A stretch of DNA of 64,000 nucleotides from Camelus dromedarius (Eukaryota). The position numbers and the translations under genes were made by a program. Positions 40,459 through 52,890 of the stretch are shown here, one piece after another. The stretch covers positions 14,384,001-14,448,000 of the forward strand of contig NC_087436.1 in assembly GCF_036321535.1 (NCBI RefSeq), in the 5' to 3' direction. The first letter of the stretch is position 1. Every line of letters begins with the position of its first letter. The notes below the pieces were generated by a model. That model did no database searches. It was not told the DNA's origin and saw only the letters and a list, made by a program, of their open reading frames with translations.

Positions 40459-42429
40459 GGGGGCACCAGTACGTGTATGTGAGAGCAAGCTGTGTGTACG
40501 TGCATGCGTGAGTGAGTGTGTGTGTGCCTGGCTGTGTGTGTTGGAAATGGCGAGGTTAGGGGGGTGGAGGAGGAATACTGGGGGGGGGGTCCCCACATTC
40601 CCTGCCAGAGCTTATCGCTTCTGGGCTGTTGCCTTGGAGTCCCTCCTCTTTTATGGCTGAGGGGAGGGCCAGGAGGGAAGGGAGGAGGAATCAGAAATGA
40701 GAGTTATTTCTGTAATACAGAGAGTTGATTGTAGAAGGCAGACTCTTATGCAAAGTAATAGAGTCGCTCCAACCAGGAACAGGCTTCTCTTCCTGCCATT
40801 CTGAGCAAGAGGGGCTCTCGGGGGCATCTCCTGGGCCCCCTACTTCCTTACCTGCCTTCTTCCTCCCACTGCTGAAAGCCAAAGACAGGCCCTGCTCATC
40901 TCACCCCTGTCTGTGAGCCTGCCATGGGCTCTGAGGCTCCCCGCTTCCTCGAGGCTCTGACTGGGGCCCTGACTTCCCTGCCACGAGTGTATCATGATTT
41001 AATCTGAGGCCAGGCAGCTACTGCCAAAATTAATGGTTGGGAAAATTAGAACAAACAGAGGTAAATAGCCCTTTACCTAGCACGCAGTCTCCCTGTGATT
41101 TTTCAACTGCAGCAAAGAGATCACTGAGGCACTACAATTTTCTGATCAACGATGGTAATTTTCTTCCGCTTAAGATCAGCTTAATCACTCGTAGGGTTTT
41201 AGAGAGCACTGGGGTCAAAAGAAAATTACAGGGTTTCTCTGGGGCCTTGGTTTATTTCGCACATCATTCTAAGTGATGCAGTGTTGCTGCAAAGGAACGC
41301 AGGGCACCCTTGGAGAAACCATGAGGCACTGGCTGGCGGTGACCGGGCTCCGCGTAGGACTGTGCTCCAGCCACAGACACTTGACTCTGCAAAGCCTCCA
41401 GCAAGCCCTAGTTTTAAAATCAAAGAAACGAAGGCTCACACCAAGTCCTTTGCCAAATACACGCCTCAAGCCAAGAAGGTTTGAATAGGGCGTGAATAAC
41501 GAGAACTCCTAAGCCCCCACCTCCCCTGGGGGGCCTTTTCTCTTGCACATTTGCGTCGCAGCGGGAGAATGCCACGAGTACAGGAATGATTGCCCTCAAA
41601 TCCAGCGCTCTATTCACTTGCTCATCAAGAGCTAGATTCATAGGTCTTTCCCTGCTGTCTTCAAATCAATCATCCAGTTTTGAACTCTATTTCCTTCTGC
41701 CGTTCGTCCTGTATTGTCACCTAAAGTGCAAAGCCTATTTTACCCAGAACTGACTCAATTGCCTGGTTAAAATATATAAATGCATACTGTAAATCTATTA
41801 CGTAGATTTAATATTACCTGAATCATCACTGAGCATGACATGAATCGTCAACCTATTTCTGTGAATAAGAACTGAGATAAACTGTAGCCAGTGACCATGA
41901 ACAGAAGCAATGCCCTCAACAAAAAATGAATGGCAAAGCAAGGGGCCAAGGACTCAGTCACCTCGTGGGCTTCCACCAGCCAGATCACTGAAGATGGAAC
42001 GCACCGGAAGTTGGTGACTCACAGTAACCAGGCAAAGGTTGATGAGATGAGTTGGGTGTCTGATGCCTCTTCCTATCTGCCTGTCTCTCTTGGCACTACA
42101 ACAAACATGATTGTGAAATTCCATTCTGTAGTAGTTAGGCCCTAGACCTAAATCAAGGGAAGGACTGCAATAGAACAGAAAAAAAAAAAAAGTAACCTAC
42201 CCTAATCTCCCCACACACTGCTATAAACTGTCACCTCTTCCCTGCATTGTTCCAGTTGGGTAGGATTTCCGCCCCCCATTCTAATCCAGCTCAGTCCTAA
42301 TTTGTTCATTGTTAACAACCTCTGAGAAAACTGTCATTCAAAAAGAAAGAAAGATAAAACACAGATTTTTTTTCCCCCTAAGAACATATTCTGCTTTGGA
42401 AATGGGCCCTTTAAAAGGTCATTTCTCTC

Positions 42430-43165
42430 TAATCATATATTCAGCAATCAAATCCTTGGTATTTTCCCAAAGGAGGTGAAAATTTACATCCACAGAAAGA
42501 GCTGCACGCAGAAGTTTCTAGCAGCTTTATTCATAATTGTCAAAACTCGGAGGCAACCAATATATCCTTCAGTAGGTGAATGGATAAATTCACTGTGGCA
42601 CATCCAGACAATGGAATATTATTCAGCACTAAAAACAAATGAGCTCTCAAGCCATGAAAAGACATAGAGGAAACTTAAATGCATAGTATTAAGTGAAAGG
42701 AGCCAACCTGAAAAGGCTGCATACTTTATGAGTCCAATTTTCTGCCATTTTGGAAAAGACAAAACTATGGCGACAGTAAAATGATCAGTAGTTGCTGGGG
42801 TTCGGGGGGGTGGGGGTATCGTGAGGGAGGGATGAACAGGGGGAGCAGAGGATTTTTTCAGCAGTGAAACTACTCAGGGTGGACCTCTAAGACGGATGCA
42901 TGTCATTATTATACATCTGTCCAAAACCACAGATATACAACAGCAGGAGTGAACCCTCATGTAAACTATGCTGGTTATGACCTATCAATGTGAGTGTGTC
43001 AACTGTAACAAATGTCCCACTCTGCAGGGTCAGTGGGAGGTTGCTAATGGGGGAGGCTTGCAGATGTGGGGCTGGGGCTCTATGGAAAATCTCTGTACTT
43101 TCCTCTTAATTTTGCTGCGAATCTAACACTGGTTCTAAAAACTAGTCTTTACAAGGGAAAAACAA
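42430..43165 (+). mobile_element. L1MC-like 3' fragment upstream of the TMEM154 promoter
   Basis: ORF2 remnant KFLAALFIIVKTRRQPIYPSVGEWINSLWHIQTMEYYSALK plus L1MC 3' UTR. Confidence 0.85.
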
Positions 43166-43354
43166 AAAACAAACATAAAAAGATGAGTTCTCTCTGGAGA
43201 AGCCGAGCACAGCCTCCAGGCATGGGTATAGCGTTGTCCCTTCCTCGCCAGGAGCCTTGGTGGGCGGGGCATTTAGGGCCCAAGGAGGACGACGTGTCTG
43301 GCCAGAGAGAAGTGGGTTGGCATTTCCTGACGGCACAAGTGGCCCTACTGTCAG

Positions 43355-43545
43355 GGCCTGTGCTGTCTAATGTGGTAGCCACATGACATTATTTAAATTC
43401 AATAAAAACTCAAACTAACAAACCAGTTCGCGCTAGCCTTATTTCAAGGGCTCCGTAGCCTATGTGGCTGATGGCTACCGTATTGGACACGGGAGATTCA
43501 GCCCATGCCCATCATCTCAGAAAGTTCTACTGGTTAGCGCGGCTC
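43355..43545. mobile_element. MER3/MER33-like DNA transposon next to the promoter
   Basis: gctgtctaatgtggtagccac...tttcaag...gtggct..tggctaccgtattggac...gaaagttcta. Confidence 0.7.
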
Positions 43546-44130
43546 TGGACTCGAGGCAGCCAAGGAGGCTGACCCCGGGGTTGAATAAAATCACAAATCG
43601 AGAATGCGTGTGGTGCAGGACCCCCTCGGTCCCAGATCCTGAATGACATCTGAGCAACGGTCACTGCTTCCACAGGGACAATTTCAAAAGAGGGAGGCCC
43701 ACGCAGGGCCGGGAGGGAGAAAGGGCTTGAGAGGCGTGTAACTGAATCAGTGCTCGAAGAGCAACTTCTCTTTTGCAATTCTTGCTGGTCTGACAGGCTC
43801 CTGTAGAATTACATCACTTCCTAAAAAACAGGCAAACACCTCTCCTTCAAGTGAGCACCGACCCAAACAAGCAGGAAACAGGAAATGTTCACGTTTCAGC
43901 CGGGCTGAAACTCCGCACAGCATCAGCATCATGCCGGGGCGCGCGGACACCGCGGCTCCCCGCGCCGCCCTCGTCTTCGCGCTGGCGATCGCGTCCCTCC
44001 CCAGCGGCCAGGCTCCGGGTAAGCACCGCAGGGCTTTCCTCTCCAGGCACCGAGGATAATGAAGGCTTGTTTGGTGCCCGAGGCTACAGAACTCTGCCGG
44101 GGAGGGTAACACCCTGAAAAACCTAATCCA
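43540..44130 (+). promoter_or_regulatory. TMEM154 CpG-rich promoter / first exon
   Basis: Highest CpG density in the window, around the exon 1 ATG. ETS cores ACTTCCT (43816) and tandem CAGGAAACAGGAAAT (43872-43886), C/EBP-like TTTTGCAAT (43771), AP-1-like TGAATCA (43743). No clear TATA box. Confidence 0.7.
43931..44018 (+). CDS. TMEM154: Transmembrane protein 154, coding exon 1 (signal peptide)
   Basis: ATG at 43931 in a CpG-rich patch reads MPGRADTAAPRAALVFALAIASLPSGQAP, matching the APRAALVFAL signal-peptide motif of mammalian TMEM154. It ends at a phase-1 donor G|GTAAGC (GT 44019-44020) that joins exon 2 in frame (G+AT = Asp). Confidence 0.9.
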
Positions 44131-46086
44131 CTCTGCGAAAAAAAGTGGAGAAAAGTAGAACTGTCTTTTTCTTTTTCTTTTTTTTTTTTTTTTGGAGCGG
44201 GGAGGAGGGGGAGGGGGCATTTGGCTTCGTCTGCCGCTGGTTAATCCAGCTCCAGCTCCCTCACTGAATTGAACTTTCCCGCAATCTTTGTTTTCTAAGA
44301 TGTGTGGGTCCCAGTCATTCAGCGACTTTAATGGGCATATTAAGAAAATTATCAACTCGTTGGCAGTTCCTGTAAAAGAAAGTTTCAATCAGCTGAAATA
44401 GAGAAATAATAGATTAACTTTAATAACGTGGGCTGAGAAGTCTGCTGGTTCCAAAAACTCCTGGGAAATTTGGGGTATGGAAATTTACTACTGGAAAGTA
44501 TACTAATGAAACACCATAAGTTAAAAAAAGAAAGAGGAAGTAAACAGGAAATTATCAGAGAAATTACCAGGCATCCACTCTTATAAAGCCTTTCATCTGT
44601 TTTTCTTTGATCTTGTTACTTGGGGAGAGATTTTCTTTGCGTTGATTGTTACTAATGAAGCTTTGCTTTAAAAAGTGATGTGATAGTGAATCAAAGGTAT
44701 CAGAAAAGACAACATATTAAACCTCATAATTTTGAACTAAGAGCAGCAGTTGAGTTACAGCCTGGCAGTTGCTACAAGCACAATCAGCCTCCACTGCCTC
44801 TTACAGTTGTGTGGATTTGCTTGTGGGTAAATAAACTAGTTGCCCATGGTTCCTGCCAGTGGACACTGCCTGCTGCTGGTGTAGGGCAGTACTGAACGCA
44901 GGAGGAAAGGTCTCAAGCTGCGGTTCTTTAAAGAGGATGGGGGCATCTGGCCTGACCTCACAGACAGGCAGCCTCCGGGAGATTAGCAGTCAGCAGCTCC
45001 CCGCCACCCCCCAACCTCCCTTTCCTTGGGTGCTTTCCACATGGTCTCTCCAGGCGGCTGAGGTGGAAAATGGGAAGTGAAAGGCCGACCATTCCAACTG
45101 GAAAGATGTTCTCCGCTGAGATTGAGGTTAGTGTTCGAAATGAGTTTGGGGGACCTTGTGTTTTTTAATGCACAAAGTTTTGGAGCGGGAAGGGAGCTTA
45201 AAGATGATGCAGTTTAAGCCGTACTGGGGGTGCAGCTGTGCTGGGGGTGCACGGAGACGGAAGAAGGAGAGATGTCCGAGACCCATCCCAAGTCAGCTCT
45301 CCTGACGTGGCCTCCAGGGTCTCTCTTCTCCCACCCGGGGACCAACCACGCCCCCCCCACCAGGACCTCTGGAGCAGACTCCTTTCCCTGGTGGGCGTCC
45401 CTCAGCTCCCACAGGAGCAGAGCCCAGCTACCCCTCTTCACCCCTGGTAACTACCACCGCTACCACGTGTGCCTTAAACACACTCCTGGGGATGATATTT
45501 AACCTTGCCTGAGTAGTTTCTTGAGCTTCTGAAAATGATTGGATCAATGTGTCTGCAATCCAGGAGATGCAAAAGGACCACCTTGAAAAGACTTTGTAAA
45601 AGTTCTTACTCTGAGGCTTATATCTGATCAGTGACTCTTCAACTTAAAGAGTTCCGGTTGCTCTTCATTTATGCCCCTTGGACCCTCCAGTCTCCTTTCC
45701 ACAGCATCTCCTTCCTGCTCCCCAGCCACAGCCCCTCAGTCAGGCTGAAAGGAGTGTGTGCTCCAGGCCTCTGTGGCTCTTGCCACACTGAGAACAAGTT
45801 CTCCTTTTTCCTACTGAGTGGACTCCTATGTAACCTTAAAAGGCTCAGACTGAATGTTCCCTCCTCCCTGGTGTCTCACTGCCCTTTCCCTGGCACCCTG
45901 CCTATTATGTCCTTATAGACCTACACTTCTGTAAACATAGCTAGCTGCTTCGAATCACAACTGTGTCTATGTCTGTATCTTCCACCAGGCTGTGAGCACC
46001 TCCAAGGAAAGGAAAATCCTCTTTCATTCATCTGTGATTTCCCCAAATCTTGTAAGGGGTCAGCATACATTAGGAACTCAATAATT

Positions 46087-46223
46087 TTTTAAATTCTTTT
46101 TGAGGAGGGGATAATTACATTTATTTGTTTGTTTGTCTGTTTTAATGGAGGTACTGGGGATTGAACCCAGGACCTCGTACATGCCAAGCACACAGTCTAC
46201 CACTGAGCTATATCTTCCCCCGC
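46087..46223 (-). mobile_element. Vic-1-like SINE in TMEM154 intron 1
   Basis: Reversed body; perfect 15-bp TSD aggaactcaataatt (46072-46086 / 46224-46238). Confidence 0.9.
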
Positions 46224-47424
46224 AGGAACTCAATAATTGTTGATAAACACTAAAATCATCCTAGGGTGGATATGAGGCTGATCATTAAAAACTGATGAGC
46301 TCCTGAAAGCAGGTAATGCTGGGATGCCAGGAGACACAGAAGATGAAAAGCTGTGTTTCAGGAGAGTGCAGGAATTATCCAGATCATCCCTCATGCTTAC
46401 TGAGTCCTGACTCCTATCTCAGGGCCTGAAAATGCAAAGATGCCCACTTGCAAACTGCTGTATGATCAAAGCTTATTACTTTGAGATTAGTCAAGGGAAA
46501 GGCTATTCTAAATTAAAGACTGAATATATATTGTAAAATTAAAGTATAACCTTTTGAGCTAATGGTTGCTTAAGTCTTTAGGATGTGAGTTTGTTTATAG
46601 ACATCACACTTGTGTTTATTTCTTTGAATTCTTCCAAAAATATCCTGGAGATATTTGGTAAAAGAATCCAATCTATGGAACAACCTGATTCTCCTTTGCA
46701 AGCATATTCCAGGTTTATCTCAAATCAAGGCTTTGCAAACAGGCAACACTTTCTAATACCTACCTGAGACCAGCACCGTTACTGCCGAGTCCACATCTTT
46801 TCACTTTCTGTAGTTAGAGAGACTGATGCAGAATTGATTACTATCCCAAGTGGAACAATCTACTTAGAAGTCACCAGGAGAGAAATGAGAAATTTCTAGG
46901 ATTTTGACCAAACAGATGAGAATAGTTAAAGGAAAGCTCTGGGCCCAGGTGTCTTGGCCAGTGTAGGTTGCTAAGAAAGTTTAGACTCAAGGCAACATTC
47001 TGCCCATGGAAACAAGGGCCACCTCATTCCTTACCCTGCACCCTGTCAGTGTCAGCTTAGCACTATCAGGAAGCTAAGAGCAACTTCCCAGATACCAAAA
47101 GCCTGGGATTTATTAGCTGCTAAAAGCAGAACAATCTGTAGAAAAAGAGCTTAAAAAGCATGAAGCAGAAATAAGGAGCTGTAACCATTTTAGTGGCCAG
47201 AGTTCAACAATGGGTTTACAGAGAGGACAGGGAGATTTTCTGAGCTGTTTCAGAAGAGTAAGGACCATATAATTACTAGATGAACCTTGAAAAGGAGGGA
47301 AAGAATAGAAGAAAATACTAGTTGCATAAATGAAGCTGTGCTTTCTAATCTTGTTCTCATTTTAGTGAATGTGACTGCCGTCTATTTTCAGGGACAGTCC
47401 CAATTTCAAGCAGTAATAATTACA

Positions 47425-47640
47425 ATGGTGATAGTGTTCAATATATGCCAGGCACTGTTCTGAACACTTTACATATACCAAGTCATTTCACTCTCATAAC
47501 AAACTTTATACAGTGGATACTATTATTCCTGTTTTATAGATGAGAAAACTGAGGCACAGAGAGGTTAAGTGACTTGCCCAAGGACACACAGCCACTTAAT
47601 GGATCTAAGTAAGATTCAGTCTCTGGCGTCCATGCTGTAA
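47425..47640 (-). mobile_element. MIR SINE (others near 8880, 20250, 20990, 30950, 60445, 61300)
   Basis: MIR core ttttatagatgagaaaactgaggcacagagaggttaagtgacttgcccaagg. Confidence 0.85.
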
Positions 47641-48449
47641 CAATACACTTTGTAATCTTTGGGTTTTCAGGCTCTGCCACGCTTTGTCTAGTTTCAGGTT
47701 TGGAAAAATATGTCTCTGGTGCCTTTCCAACTACGTAGGTGTATCACATAAACTCTTGTCTGGGCTCTGAGCTTACCACATGTTAAAAAGGAGCTGTATT
47801 TGTTTGATTGGGTCAGGGACTGGCTGGCAAGAAAAGGGATGGTAGAGTTGGGTTAAATTTTGGCCTGCAGAAGAGAAGGGAGGGGCTGAAAGGTACTGAG
47901 TGAGCAAATGAGAATCTGAGTTTTATCTGAGGATTAGCATAGTTAAGACCAGGAGCAGGATAAACAGAACATTGAAGTCACTGTGTAAGAGGCTTTGGGG
48001 TGTGGGAACCAGGGAGAGAAAGCACAGCCCTCAGTCAGGCAGAGTCACGGTGGGAGAGCCCTGCTGAGAACTGACCCCAAGCACCTAACAGCTCTCAAGG
48101 GCAAAGGAAAAAAAAAAAAGGCAGAGAGGGATATACTGAGACTTCAAGTCCTTCTGTATCAAAAAGGCAGACCCAGGAAACTAGAAGAGGAAGGATCTTG
48201 GCTGGGATAGGCTCAATTCTGGAAAGAAACAATGCAACCTGCAATTTGCCTACCTGTGTATAGTTTGCACCACCCTCAACTGTTGGCAAAGATGTGGAGA
48301 AACAGGAACTCTGTGTTGCTGGTTGGAGAGTGGATTAGCGCAATAACCTAGTGTCTCCTGCTGCTGAACCCATCCACTGGGCTTTTAATTTCAGTTATTA
48401 TATTTTTCATCTCTAGAAAATCTTTGTTCTCATTTCTAGAACATCCTTT

Positions 48450-48454
<5 letters not shown>

Positions 48455-48508
<54 letters not shown>
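48455..48508. repeat. (TG)27 microsatellite in TMEM154 intron 1
   Basis: Perfect dinucleotide run. Confidence 0.95.
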
Positions 48509-48509
<1 letters not shown>

Positions 48510-50559
48510 TGTCTTGGTTTTATTTTTTTCCTTATGTTATTTATTCCTTTTTTATGCCTTTAAACATTATTGTCCATTTGATCATCTTTATCTGAAGTTT
48601 AGCTCTAATCTTGTTGCTTGTTGTATCTATCAACTCCCATTCATGATAAAAATCTTGGGGGCACTGAGGGCAAAGCCTGGCACACAGAGGCTGGCTTACC
48701 CTATTTAATAGAACCCCACCTTTTCTGAGCACATCACCAAGCTACTATAAATACATCCCCAGTACAACCTCAGTCCTGTCACCACAAAATAGAGTTTGGA
48801 AGAAACTCAGACAGGGCTGTGCTCTGGGCTTGGGGAAGAGCTGGTGCTTGGACCTCAGGTTTAAACCCCAGCTTTGGGATGCAGAGTGGGTAGACCTCAG
48901 GGGTCAGCTGCTAAGAGTTGCGTGAGGTGCCAAACCTCATTCAAGGTGCAAGCCAGCAGAATCAAGTCAGTAACCAGAAGCAGATAACCAAGGACACCAA
49001 CGCGACTGCCAAGGAGAAAGGAGACAAAACCAAATTCAAAATCAGACAGTGGGCTGGGGTCCACAGTGTCGGAATGATGGTGAGGTCAGCCTGGGGGAAG
49101 AGCACCTGACTTTGAACTTTGCCAAAATCATTGCAGCTGCTTTTTGTTTTTCTTTATTTCTTTAAAACCATGAACTGGTGTTTTAGTTTTAACTTTCGAC
49201 CCAGTAGATGCATCTGAAAGCATCACATAGCCTCTCACATCCCTGTGGGGCTCTGGAAAATCCCCATAGGCAGATATGGCTTTGAATTTAAATTTCCTCT
49301 GCAAGCTTTTATTTTTATTTTCTCCACATCTTCTGGGCCCTGGGGATTTCCTTGCTTTCTTGTGATTTCTTTATACATTTAAGAAGTTGTTTCTTACATT
49401 GCATCCAGCATTTCTAGGTGTTTCATATTGAGAGAATTTTTCAGGTGACAGACTGTACAAGATTATTGGAAAAGGAAATTTTTCTATACAACCATTTTGG
49501 AGAACAACTTGGAAATATTTAGTCAACTTGAGACGTTCAGATCCTACAACTCCAACAATTCACTACCAAGTATTTACTCCAGATCACTCACAAATGTACA
49601 GCAGAGTCATGGCCAAGAATGCTGAGTGTAGCACTGTTTGTAAAAATGGAAGAAATAGAAACAATCTAAATATTTATTAACAAAAGAAAAATACATGAAA
49701 CTTGGTATAGTCTTAGAATGAGATCTCATCAAGCAGGTAAATTCAAAGAACTTCAGCCAAATGTATCAAGATAAATCAGTCTCAAACGTTCAAAAAAAGC
49801 CAGTTGAAGATTACTATGCACAGAATAGTTACAATTAGTTAAAGTTTTAAAAACACTCCAAATTATGCTTAGGGACATAGACCTATTTGCAAAGTGTGGG
49901 ATGGATACATGCGAACTTTAGGAGAGCAAGACCTTTGGGAGTGGGGTGAGGGGGCATGAGATCCAGGAGGGGCAGAGGCCGGGCTTCAGCTGTGTCTGAA
50001 ACATTGTGTTTCTTACAGAAACACACATGGCAGCCCAGGGCCAGCAAACTAAGGCTCATGGGCCAAACTCAGTCATCTTCCTGTTTTTTCCAACCCTGAG
50101 CTAAGACTATTTTTTCTATTTTTATTTATTTATTTTGTATTAATTTAAAAAAAAATTTTTTTATTGAAGTGTAGTTGATTTACAATGTTAGTTTCAGGTG
50201 TGCAGCAAAGCAATTCAGCTATACCTATACCTATATATATATACACACATACACTTTTAGATTCTTTTCCATTATAGTGATGGGTGACATTAGTGTCAAT
50301 TCTCTCTGGTAGGTATACATGCACAGTAAACAGTGAGGGAGCCTGTGAGTTGCTGTCCAGCTCTCCCCAGACCCTGCCAGCTCTCGCCCACTCCCAACCT
50401 TTCCGGAGCTCTCAACCTCTTTGATAGTCAACACACCTTCGTTTTCTCACTCTGCCCCTCATTTCTCACCACCCCCTGCGATTTGTCCCCCATGTCAGTG
50501 CAGCACTCAAATTGCTCTGTCCCGGTCACCAGTGCCCCCTAAGAGCTGAACCCAGAGGA

Positions 50560-51600
50560 CCCGTTTCTGTCTTTATCTTGCGGTTTTCTCTGCAGCACTT
50601 CACATAACTAATCAATTGTTGAATCTCTCCTCTTCCTGAGGTCTTATGGTGCTGTTTTCTTCTTGGTCTCCTATGACTCTGACTGTTCCTTCCAGTGTTT
50701 GGTTGTGAAACATTCTCTTCCTCCTGCTCCTTTCATGTGCATCTTTTCTTTTCTCGCTCCTTACATCACTTAAGGGCCATGGCTCCCACCTTCCAGGCTT
50801 CCATCTCACCCCTTGGCTGAGGACTCCCCCCAGATCACCTCCAGTCAGCTCTCTCTGCCCAGCTCTAGACCTGCACTGTCACCATCTCTTCTCCTTGGAA
50901 ATGTCACCGGGACCTTGGGCTCCGCATGGCAAAATCAGAACTCTTTATCTGCTCCTTGCTAGTTTAGACCCTTCTTAGCTCTCACCTAGGTTACTTCACT
51001 AACTTCTTAACTAGTTTCCTAGTCTCCTCTCCAACGCAGTTTCACATAGCCTCCAGAGTGATGGTTCTCTAACAAAAAAGTAATTATTTTCCTCTTGTAC
51101 TTACCCCTTCAGTGGTTTGTCATTTCCTTCTGATAGAATCCAACCCCCTTGGCATCATTACAAGGCCCCCTATAAGCTTGTCCTGAGTTCCTTTCCTACT
51201 GGACACTTCTCACCACATGTCCTGTAATTCAAGTACTTGAATGTGCCAAGCTCTGTGGCCCCCAAGAATTTCTGTATCTCTGCTTCAGCCATAATGCCTT
51301 CCGTGCCATCTTTGCTTGACAAACTCCTGAGATTCAACTCATTGGTCACCTCCTCTATGAAGATTTCCCAAATCCTCCACCCCTCAGATGTGATGAATAC
51401 CTTCCTCTCTCATGTCTTCATGACATTCCGTACACAGACACCTTACGGCTTTTATGAAACTATAATATGATTATTGATTTGACCCTACTTAGCAGTCACT
51501 TCCCAAGGAGGCTGGGACCTGGACTCATTCACTTTTGTGTCCCAGAACCTGGAGTGGTGCCTGGTACTTAATAGGCACAAAACTCACTGACCAAATGAAT
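50560..51600 (+). mobile_element. LINE-2 relic (others near 650-900, 11150-12400, 38590-38720)
   Basis: Pyrimidine-rich L2 body ending gtgcctggtacttaataggcac...aaatgaatga. Confidence 0.6.
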
Positions 51601-52467
51601 GATGACATGAAATTTATCCTGTAGCCCAAACCTTGCTTGTATTTGTAATGAAATTATAATCATTTGAATAATGCAATGAAACTATGGTGATACCTGGATA
51701 AGTATGATTTTTAGTTAATCCAGTTTTATTTTATTCTGAAATGTTAAGTAACTCAAATCTGTTTATGAAGAGTTCCCTTCTGGGTCCTCAAACCAAACAG
51801 GCAACAGCTCTTGCTCCCCTTCCTGTAGGGAGGGTTACCTGGCTGCATCTCTGAGTAGTTCCAGGAAAACCTTCTGTCCATCCTCCTCTCAGGTTAGGGA
51901 GGGAAGTTCGCATCCAGAAAGTATGCACTGGGCAGCTGGACAATTTGCAGAAAAGCCAGGCTGTTACAAACATTTTGGGGAAGACTTTTGGGAAAAAAAG
52001 GGCAGGGGGAGAGGAACAGAAGTCTCATAGACATGAAGTTTCAAGCCCTTAAAAGATGATTCGAAAACTTGAAAAATAAATCAAATTTATGTAAAAAGTA
52101 AAACGAATAGGAAAATCTGCCTCGGGTGCTGAGGACGGCTCAGAAGCTTTTCCCGAGAAATTAAAGAAGCTGGTTGGGAAGGAGAGGTACCCACCAGAGC
52201 AGGGCCTGCTTGTTTTTCTTAAAACAAAACCAATGAAAGAGTTTGGTTTTGAAATTTGAATTTTTTTTCTCTGTTTCTTTGTTTTATATGAATTAAAACC
52301 ATCTTTATTATTTCCTGCTTCTCCACCCCATTGTGGTTTTCAGAAACAGGAGCCCAGTGATTACTTGGGTTTGCTGGCATTATTTTTTCCCCCGAAGACA
52401 TTGTTTATTAGTTTAAAAATCTGTTTATTCTTTTCTAAAAATTACGCTTATTTATTTGTTTATGATT

Positions 52468-52680
52468 AAGACTGCCAGATTTAGCAAGTAATAGGAAGGA
52501 CTTAGTTAAATGTAAATTTCAAATAAACAAAACTTTTCTAGTATAAGTACATCCCATGCAATTTAATGCAAGTAGAGGACTTACAAACATTGCATGGGAC
52601 ATATTTATACTAAAAAATTATTTGTTGTTTATCCGATGTTCAAATTTAAATGTGTCCCGTGTTTTATCTAGTAACTCTAT
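52468..52680. mobile_element. MER53-like DNA transposon
   Basis: tgccagatttagcaa...aaatttcaaataaacaa and its inverted counterpart ttgttgtttat...ttcaaatttaa. Confidence 0.7.
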
Positions 52681-52852
52681 TTATGATCATGGTGATCTTT
52701 TGTCAAGCCAAGGCCATCCCTATATTGATGCATCACTAAGACCAGAAACATATTGGCTATGTAGCCAGTTAACAAATATTAGAAGAATATTTAGGCTGAG
52801 TCCCAGATCAATCATTGAAATAACAAGTTAAGGAATTATCACTAAAGAAACC

Positions 52853-52853
<1 letters not shown>

Positions 52854-52889
<36 letters not shown>
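52854..52889. repeat. (AAC)12 microsatellite
   Basis: Perfect trinucleotide run followed by (CAC)n. Confidence 0.9.

Positions 52890-52890
<1 letters not shown>

Noticed and set aside
43747..44388. 213-aa minus-strand ORF, the longest in the track
   Set aside because: Antisense to the GC-rich TMEM154 exon 1/promoter, non-ATG start, and its poly-Pro/poly-Lys come from simple G and T runs; no recognisable protein.
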